Below, one piece after another: positions 58,299 to 64,000 of a DNA stretch of 64,000 bases. Each line of letters starts with the position of its first letter. Position 1 is the first letter of the stretch. Under the pieces are notes generated by a model, which was not told where the DNA came from, ran no database searches, and saw only the letters and a program-made list of their open reading frames with translations. Both the position numbers and the translations under genes were made by a program. This DNA is from an uncultured Actinomycetes bacterium (GTDB taxonomy: Bacteria > Actinomycetota > Thermoleophilia > Gaiellales > Gaiellaceae): the NCBI GenBank assembly GCA_963742925.1, contig CAVUNV010000008.1, positions 352,745 to 416,744 of the forward strand, read 5' to 3'.

Positions 58299-59537
58299 GT
58301 GATCGACCTCAAGGCAGCGCGCGCCCATCCCGACGTCGTGCGGGCCGCGATCGCACGCAAGGGGGGCGAGGAGCTGTTCGACGAGCTGATGCGGGCCGAC
58401 GAGCAGTGGAGGCAGCTCCAGACCCGGGTCGACGAGCTTCGGGCCCGCACCAAGCTCAAGGGCAAGCCGACGCCGGAGCAGCTCGAAGAGCTGACCCGGA
58501 TCAAGGGCGAGCTGAAGGGCCTCGAGGACGAGCTCGACCGGGCGAAGGCCAGCATGCAGCACTTCTGGGACCGCGTCCCCAACCCGCCTGACGCGTCGGC
58601 CCCCGACGGCCTGGACGAGGAGGACGCCGAGGAGATCCGCCGCTGGGGCGAGCCGGCCGCCTTCGGCTTCGAGCCGCGCGACCATCTCGACATCGGGACG
58701 CGGCTCGGCTGGTTCGACCAGGACCGCGGGGCGCGCGTGTCGGGCTCGCGGTTCGTCTACCGGATGGGCGACGCGGCGCTTCTCGAGCTGGCGCTCTACC
58801 GCTTCGCGCTCGACCGGCTCGTCGCGAGAGGCTTCGTGCCCGTCCTGCCGCCCGTGCTCGTGCGCGAGAAGGCCATGTACGGGACGGGCTTCCTGCCGAC
58901 GGACGACGTCAACATCTACTACATCGAGCGCGACGAGCTGTACCTCACCGGCACCTCGGAGGTCGCTCTCGCCGGGCTGCACATGGAGGAGATCCTCGAC
59001 GCGGACGACCTGCCGCTCCGCTACGCCGGCTACTCGACCTGCTTCCGCCGCGAGGCCGGCGCCGCGGGCAAGGACACCCGCGGCATCTTCCGCGTCCACC
59101 AGTTCGACAAGGTCGAGATGTTCTCGTTCGCGCGGCCCGAAGACGCCCGCGACGAGCACGAGTACCTGCTCTCCATCGAGGAGGAGCTCGTGCAGGAGCT
59201 CGGCATCCCCTATCGCGTCGTCAACGTCGCGGCCGGCGACCTCGGCCCCTCGGCGACGAAGAAGTACGACATCGAGGCGTGGTTCCCCGGCCAGCAGCGC
59301 TACCGCGAGATCACGTCGACCTCGAATACGAGCGACTACCAGGCGCGCCGGCTCGAGGTCCGTTTCCGCACCGGGGAGCGCGGCCCCGACCTCGTGCACA
59401 CGTTGAACGGGACGGCGATCACGGCCCGTTCCCTCGTCGCGATCATCGAGAACTTCCAGCAGGAAGACGGTTCGATCGCGGTGCCGCCGGTGCTCGAGCG
59501 CTTCGGCGCTCCCACGCGCCTCGGGGCTGCCGGCTGA
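58299..59537 (+). CDS. serS: Seryl-tRNA synthetase
   Basis: GTG 58299: VIDLKAARAHPD.... Coiled-coil arm, class II motifs LTGTSEVALAG, YAGYSTCFRREAGAAGKDTRGIFRVHQFDKVE and TLNGTAITARSLVAIIENFQ. Confidence 0.92.
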   Translation: MIDLKAARAHPDVVRAAIARKGGEELFDELMRADEQWRQLQTRVDELRARTKLKGKPTPEQLEELTRIKGELKGLEDELDRAKASMQHFWDRVPNPPDASAPDGLDEEDAEEIRRWGEPAAFGFEPRDHLDIGTRLGWFDQDRGARVSGSRFVYRMGDAALLELALYRFALDRLVARGFVPVLPPVLVREKAMYGTGFLPTDDVNIYYIERDELYLTGTSEVALAGLHMEEILDADDLPLRYAGYSTCFRREAGAAGKDTRGIFRVHQFDKVEMFSFARPEDARDEHEYLLSIEEELVQELGIPYRVVNVAAGDLGPSATKKYDIEAWFPGQQRYREITSTSNTSDYQARRLEVRFRTGERGPDLVHTLNGTAITARSLVAIIENFQQEDGSIAVPPVLERFGAPTRLGAAG

Positions 59538-61276
59538 AACGCACGCTCCCGCGGCTCGACGCGACCACGGTTCTCGTCGGCGCGGCCGCGCTCGCCGTCG
59601 TCGGGATCACGTACTGGCGGATCTGGTTCGGCGTCGACCTCACCGACGAGTCGTTCTACGTCGTCCTCCCCTACCGCTTCGCGCTCGGCGCCCGGCCGTT
59701 CGTCGACGAGACGACCGTCGCGCAGCAGGCCGGCCTTCTCGTCTCGCCGTTCGTCCGGCTCTACCACGCCCTCTTCGGTGTGGACGGGATCGTGCTCTTC
59801 GTCCGGCACCTGCACTTCGTGTTCTCGCTGCTGGTCGGCGGCGCGGTCTTCGTGTCGATGCGCGGCGTCCTGCGAAGCGGCGCGGCGGCGCTTCTGCTGG
59901 CGATCTGCACCGTCGCCTTCGTCCCCTTCGACGTCCACAGCCTGAGCTACAACACGCTCGGCAGCGGTCTGTTCACGGCAGGCTGCCTGCTCGGCTACCT
60001 GTCGCTCCAGCCCGGGTCGAGCCGCGTCTGGCTGCTGGTGGCCGGTGTCTGCCACGGGCTCGCGGTGTTCGCGTACCCGTCGCTCCTCGTCGCCGTCGTG
60101 GTGTGCTTCGCACTCCGGCTCGTCCTCGCGCCCCGGCGCTGGCGCACGGAGATCGTCTGGTTCGGATTGCCGGCGTTCGCGGTGGCAGCGGCGGCGATGG
60201 GGACCGTCGTCTCCGCCGCCGGACTGCACCGGGTGGTCGACGGCTACCACCGCTCGTCCGATTACCTCGGCCACTCCGGCAGCGCCGGGAAGCTCGTCGA
60301 CGTACTTCACCACCAGTGGACGACGCTGCACTTCTGGTACGTGCTGTTCCCGGTTCTCGTCCTGCTCGGGATCGTCTGGCGGACACGCCGCCGGCTGGCA
60401 CCGCTCCTGCTCGTGCCGCTTCCCCTGCTCGTCCTGCCGGGATCGCTCTACCACTCGTTCGACTCGCCGCCGTACACGGCGACGCTCGAGTACGTCGCGC
60501 ACTACGGGGCGCTGGCGCTGCCGCTGCTCGTGCTCGTGTGGCCGCGGCCGGAGGCGCGCAGGCTGTTCGCCGCCGTGTGGGTGCCGGCATTCGTCGCCGG
60601 GCTCACGACCGCGTACTCGAGCACGAACGGCGGCGTCAACTTCGGCGTCGGCTTCTTCCCGGCGGTCTTCGTGACAACGGCCTTCCTGCTCTGGTCGATC
60701 GAGGACTCGCGCGCGACACGCGCGCAGCCGCGGCCCGTCGTCTGGCCCGCCGTGCTGGTGCCGGTGCTGCTCGTCGTCTTCGGCGGCCAGGTGTACCGGG
60801 ACGGGCCGTTCTCGGACCTGACCGCAGCGGTCAGCGACGGCCCCTACGCCGGCATCAGGACGAGCCTGAACAAGAAGCTCTTCCTGGAGCAGTTCGAGCG
60901 CGACCTGGCGCGCATCTCGCCGCGTTGCACGATCGTCTTCTTCAAGGACTTCCCGGCCGGCTACCTGCTGACGAAGGCGAAGCCGGACACGAACAGCGCC
61001 TGGATCGCCACCCTCACCGGCACGAAGAAGACGCGGGCCTACCAGCGGACCTTCATCCGCTACTGGAGCAAGCAGGGACTGCCGGACATCGCCGTGATGG
61101 TCGAGCGCATCCCGTTCGACACACGCCGATCGGGGCGGATCGAGCACTACCGGCCGGACACGCCGCTGGCGCGACTCGTGCGCCCGCCCACCTACCGGCT
61201 GATCTCGTCGCACTACAACTACGTGATGTACCAACGGAGCGACTCGACCTGTGACGTCCGGCCACCCGGGCACTAG
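59534..61276 (+). CDS. Large polytopic membrane protein of unknown function (start codon unresolved)
   Basis: ORF 59279..61276. The hydrophobic core begins right after the serS stop (LKRTLPRLDATTVLVGAAALAVVGITYW). About 12 TMS are followed by a ~170-aa soluble tail. CTG 59534 overlaps the serS TGA, and the first in-frame GTG would remove the first helices. Confidence 0.65.
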   Translation: MKRTLPRLDATTVLVGAAALAVVGITYWRIWFGVDLTDESFYVVLPYRFALGARPFVDETTVAQQAGLLVSPFVRLYHALFGVDGIVLFVRHLHFVFSLLVGGAVFVSMRGVLRSGAAALLLAICTVAFVPFDVHSLSYNTLGSGLFTAGCLLGYLSLQPGSSRVWLLVAGVCHGLAVFAYPSLLVAVVVCFALRLVLAPRRWRTEIVWFGLPAFAVAAAAMGTVVSAAGLHRVVDGYHRSSDYLGHSGSAGKLVDVLHHQWTTLHFWYVLFPVLVLLGIVWRTRRRLAPLLLVPLPLLVLPGSLYHSFDSPPYTATLEYVAHYGALALPLLVLVWPRPEARRLFAAVWVPAFVAGLTTAYSSTNGGVNFGVGFFPAVFVTTAFLLWSIEDSRATRAQPRPVVWPAVLVPVLLVVFGGQVYRDGPFSDLTAAVSDGPYAGIRTSLNKKLFLEQFERDLARISPRCTIVFFKDFPAGYLLTKAKPDTNSAWIATLTGTKKTRAYQRTFIRYWSKQGLPDIAVMVERIPFDTRRSGRIEHYRPDTPLARLVRPPTYRLISSHYNYVMYQRSDSTCDVRPPGH

Positions 61277-61472
61277 CAGTGGAAGTACGTCCACGTCCGG
61301 CGGATGCTCCTCTTCCTCGAAGCAACACGCGATCTGGGCACGAAGTGGGTCGTGTTCGAGCCGAACAACGCACCGCTCTCGCCGGAGCGACACAAGCCCC
61401 TCGGCGAGTGCAACGCCGGGGCGCTCGCCGGCCAGGCACCCCTCTCCGCGTCACACGCTACGCTCGCCCGAC

Positions 61473-61559
61473 GGCGGGGTGCCGGAGCGGTCGAACGGGG
61501 CGGTCTTGAAAACCGTTGTGCCTTCACGGGCACCCTGGGTTCGAATCCCAGCCCCGCCG
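61473..61559 (+). tRNA. tRNA-Ser(TGA): tRNA-Ser (anticodon TGA), class II with a long variable arm
   Basis: GGCGGGG TG CCG GAGCGGTCGAA CGG G GCGGT CTTGAAA ACCGT T GTGCC TTCACG GGCAC C CTGGG TTCGAAT CCCAG CCCCGCC G. All stems pair and the discriminator is G. Confidence 0.9.
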
Positions 61560-61646
61560 CCTTTCGTAGAGCCAGGAACGGCGTGGTTGAGCGATTCTCA
61601 GCCAGCCGCGACCCGGCCTCAACCTGCCCTTCGATTGCCGCTGTAG

Positions 61647-61698
61647 ACCGCCTGAAACCGCCTGATTCTGGCGCTCACTGGCGCGCAACTGGCGCGCA
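61647..61698 (+). repeat. Cluster of short tandem direct repeats (10-bp x2, then 11-bp x2-3) just downstream of tRNA-Ser
   Basis: ACCGCCTGAA / ACCGCCTGAT at 61647-61666. TCTGGCGCTC (degenerate) is followed by ACTGGCGCGCA at 61677-61687 and again at 61688-61698. Confidence 0.8.
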
Positions 61699-61794
61699 CC
61701 CGCGTCTATTTCGTCCGTTGCGAGGACTCTTGTGCGTCCACGCAGGAGCCATCGCCAGGCGACCCTGAGGGGCTGCCGTAGTACGTTCCGAACC

Positions 61795-62520
61795 TTGCTG
61801 CGCGCCTACGTTGACGAGAGCGGTGATCGGGGCACCTCGCCGACGGCCACCGACTTCTTCGTCATGGCAGCCGTCGTCGTTGACGACACCCATCGGCCTG
61901 CCGTCCAAGGCCGCCTCGCCTCGATCAGGCATCACCTCGGCAAGCCGCCGGGCACCGTGCTGCACTTTGCGAGCAACATCAAGGAGCACGGCGCACGCGT
62001 CTATGTCTGCCAAGAACTCGGCAGCCTCGGTGACGTGACGATCACAAACGTCGTTATGTGCAAGCGCCTCTGGACGAGCGCCCCTCTGCTCACAGCAGAC
62101 GTGTCGGCCGTCTACCTCTACGCCCTTCGGTTCATGTTGGAACGGTTGAGTTGGATAGCACGCGACCGTCAGGACAAGCTCATCATCACCCTCGCCCACG
62201 TAAAGAGCTTCCCCTATCAGCTCCTCAACGCATATCTGACCCGACTGCGGGGGACGCCCACAAGTATCGAATGGGCCTGGATTCAGGACATTCGGATCAA
62301 CCAGCCCATGAAACTGGAACTGCTTCAAGTGGCAGACATCGCCGCGTCATCGGTGCTGCGAGCGTTCCAGCCCGACCGCCACGGCGTGACCGAACAGCGG
62401 TACCTGACCGAGCTGTCGCCTCGCCTCTATCGCCGCCCTCCAGGCGCGATTACGTCATACGGGATGAAGCTCCACCCGGCGTCCGCTTCTTCCCATTTCC
62501 GGTGGGTGTCGCTGCTCTGA
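61795..62520 (+). CDS. DUF3800-family protein
   Basis: TTG 61795 (the tracked ORF starts at GTG 61732). LRAYVDESGDRGTS... is the N-terminal D-E-S-G motif of DUF3800. LHFASNIKEH and LLQVADIAASSV fit the family. GC is lower than in the flanks. Confidence 0.65.
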   Translation: MLRAYVDESGDRGTSPTATDFFVMAAVVVDDTHRPAVQGRLASIRHHLGKPPGTVLHFASNIKEHGARVYVCQELGSLGDVTITNVVMCKRLWTSAPLLTADVSAVYLYALRFMLERLSWIARDRQDKLIITLAHVKSFPYQLLNAYLTRLRGTPTSIEWAWIQDIRINQPMKLELLQVADIAASSVLRAFQPDRHGVTEQRYLTELSPRLYRRPPGAITSYGMKLHPASASSHFRWVSLL

Positions 62521-62619
62521 GATGAGAGACGGAGGGCCGGGACGCCAGAAACCGTTACACGGCTGCCACTGTCACCAGGGCTGACGTTGATCCCGTAGCC
62601 CTCCGGAGAAAGTGTACGG

Positions 62620-63420
62620 CTAGCCGCCGGACGAGCTTGTTTGCCGGTCGAGGTATGCGTCGAGAAGCGCGGCAGCTTCGTCCTCGTTGCCTGGCATTAG
62701 GTGCCCGTACCGGTCGTAGGTGATCGTCACGGACGAGTGCCCCATGTATGTCGAGAGCGCCTTCGCGTTCACCCCGGCGGCGATCATCAGGCTGGCGAAG
62801 GTGTGCCGGGCCTCATGCGGCGTGATCGGGTCAAGCTCCGCCTTCTTCCATGCGCGCAATCCGCGAGCGCGAAGGACGGCTGGGTCAAACGGCGGGTCGT
62901 GCGTTCTCCCGAACACGAGGCCGTCTCTCCGCCCTGTCGCCATTCGATGCTCCAGCAGGTAGTCGCGAAGCACCGCCGGGATCGGCACCTTCCGTAGCCC
63001 TGCACGGCTCTTGGGCGCGATCTCCCCCACCTTCGCATCCCATGCCCGCTCGACCAGCGCCGCCAACAACACCGACGCCGCCAGCCAGACCATCACCACG
63101 ATCAGCGTCCACCGACGGAACGCCCGCCGAAGCTCGCTAGCCCAGCTGGCAGCAGCGTCCACCTCGTCAGCCACACCATGCCGGAGCGCGTCCGCACGCT
63201 CCCTGTCGCTCCTCCCGAGCGCACGCTCTGACACGCGCTCGGCCAACAGCCGCACCTCGTTCAGCCCGCCCACGTCATGCCGTGCGTGGGCGGCTTCCGA
63301 GATACCGGCCAGTGCGTCCAGCGCGGCCTCGTACTGACCCTGTTCGACCAACACCCGCGCCTCATCAAGCTCCCGATCCAGCGCCTGCTTCTCATCACTC
63401 GGGGCAACGGTGCCCACCAC
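62620..63420 (-). mobile_element. Chimeric ORF whose C-terminal ~135 aa are a tyrosine-recombinase (phage integrase) catalytic fragment
   Basis: KSRAGLRKVPIP...ITPHEARHTFASLMIAAGVNAKALSTYMGHSSVTITYDRYGHLMPG carries the H-x-x-R and the terminal Y of the integrase catalytic set. The box I Arg region and the whole core-binding domain are missing. They are replaced by an unrelated helical segment with one TM (WTLIVVMVWLAASVLLAALV). Confidence 0.7.
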
Positions 63421-63527
63421 AAACTCCCGGCTCGACGCCTAGACCGCAAAGATGCGCCTCTCAAACCGCTTCCGCCATCAGGGTGTCCGCTGACCCGGAC
63501 TGCCGCGATCTACCGAGCAGCGTCGCT

Positions 63528-64000
63528 TTACAGGCCCTTGACCGTGATCGGGATGGAGCTTCTCTGCTTCGTTCCGTTGCCGAGTTCTCCCGAGCCGTTG
63601 TCGCCCCAGCATTTGACCCTGCCGCCGTGGAGCAGCGCACAGCTATGTGACCGACCGGAGGTGATCGCAAGCACACCATGAAGACCGGTGACCGTGATCG
63701 GCGTGTTGCTCCCTGGGATTTCCCTGAACGCGTTTAGGTCCGCTCCGTTGCCGAGTTGACCCTCGTCGTTGTTGCCCCAGCATCTGACTGTCCTATCGCG
63801 CATTAGCGCGCACTCATGGCCAACGCCCGCACTGATCGCGATCACATTGTCTTGCAAGCCGCTAACCTTGAGGGCCGTCTTGCTCACGTACTCGACCGTC
63901 CCGCCGCGCAGCAGCGCATACGTGTCATACGAGTTGACAACGACTGCGGCCACGTCGCGCAATCCTTGGACCTTGACCGGCGTCGCGCGCTGCTGGGTCG
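63528..64000 (-). CDS. RCC1-repeat (beta-propeller) protein, 5' end beyond the right edge
   Basis: Repeats HECALMRDRTVRCWGNNDEGQLGNG and HSCALLHGGRVKCWGDNGSGELGNG. The frame stays open to position 64000 (…TPVKVQGLRDVAAVVV). TAA stop at 63530-63528. Confidence 0.8.
   Translation of the reverse strand, partial: TQQRATPVKVQGLRDVAAVVVNSYDTYALLRGGTVEYVSKTALKVSGLQDNVIAISAGVGHECALMRDRTVRCWGNNDEGQLGNGADLNAFREIPGSNTPITVTGLHGVLAITSGRSHSCALLHGGRVKCWGDNGSGELGNGTKQRSSIPITVKGL

Noticed and set aside
59336-61393. 685-aa reverse ORF antisense to the large membrane gene
   Set aside because: Highly charged R/D/E/H-rich translation with no motif. The forward frame gives a coherent 12-TMS protein.
61304-61768. 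154-aa forward ORF
   Set aside because: It reads straight through the tRNA-Ser gene (61473-61559). Only its first ~30 codons look protein-like, and those are treated separately as a possible sheath-like remnant.
61560-64000. Direct repeat of the tRNA-Ser 3' end (attR) inside the window
   Set aside because: Scanning by eye for TTCGAATCCCAGCCCCGCC-like strings found none, so the island boundary cannot be defined here.

Overview
High-GC (about 70% by eye) chromosomal segment with Actinomycetota-like traits: F420-type enzymes, frequent GTG/TTG starts, many ATGA/GTGA start-stop overlaps and a leaderless-type promoter. The repeated G-x-W-x-G-x-P-x-x-Y-x-Y/F-x-W-x-x-C Ig-like module suggests a Thermoleophilia/Solirubrobacterales-type organism, but that is inference only. 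I call about 62 protein-coding genes, 2 tRNAs (Ala-CGC, Ser-TGA), no rRNA and no CRISPR array. All family calls come from motifs read by eye in the supplied translations and my own hand translations; no homology search was run.

Layout:
- 0-3.2 kb: DUF1254/DUF1214 gene plus a two-component set.
- 3.2-8.5 kb: Cys-type arylsulfatase, ClC channel, anaerobic sulfatase maturase.
- 8.5-16 kb: secreted Ig-repeat protein, YihY, class II amidotransferase, glutamate decarboxylase, PLDc_N/SHOCT protein, MFS exporter.
- 16-18.2 kb: isolated hypF.
- 18.6-25 kb: polyamine-type ABC importer, translationally coupled to an ABC exporter that carries a C-terminal cNMP-binding domain.
- 25-27.7 kb: NrtR-like Nudix protein plus two MDR oxidoreductases.
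- 27.7-29.4 kb: lower-GC islet bracketed by a ~40-bp direct repeat.
- 31.7-42.3 kb: eight-gene coupled operon (detailed below).
- 42.3-45.1 kb: permease-less BMP-type ABC genes.
- 45-61 kb: assorted housekeeping and membrane genes, including serS.
- 61.5-64 kb: tRNA-Ser-associated islet with short tandem repeats, a DUF3800 gene, a chimeric integrase remnant and an RCC1-repeat gene.

The most interesting system is the 31.7-42.3 kb operon. It holds two fold-type-II PLP enzymes, an ATCase paralogue, an XdhD-like FeS/Moco protein, an SsnA-like amidohydrolase, an F420-type LLM oxidoreductase, a YgeW-like carbamoyltransferase and carbamate kinase. I read it as a candidate undescribed ATP-yielding N-heterocycle/ureide catabolic pathway.

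Major caveat: roughly 30 single-base frameshifts, about 5:1 insertions over deletions and clustered in particular genes, interrupt otherwise well-conserved reading frames. Many genes therefore cannot be translated as assembled.
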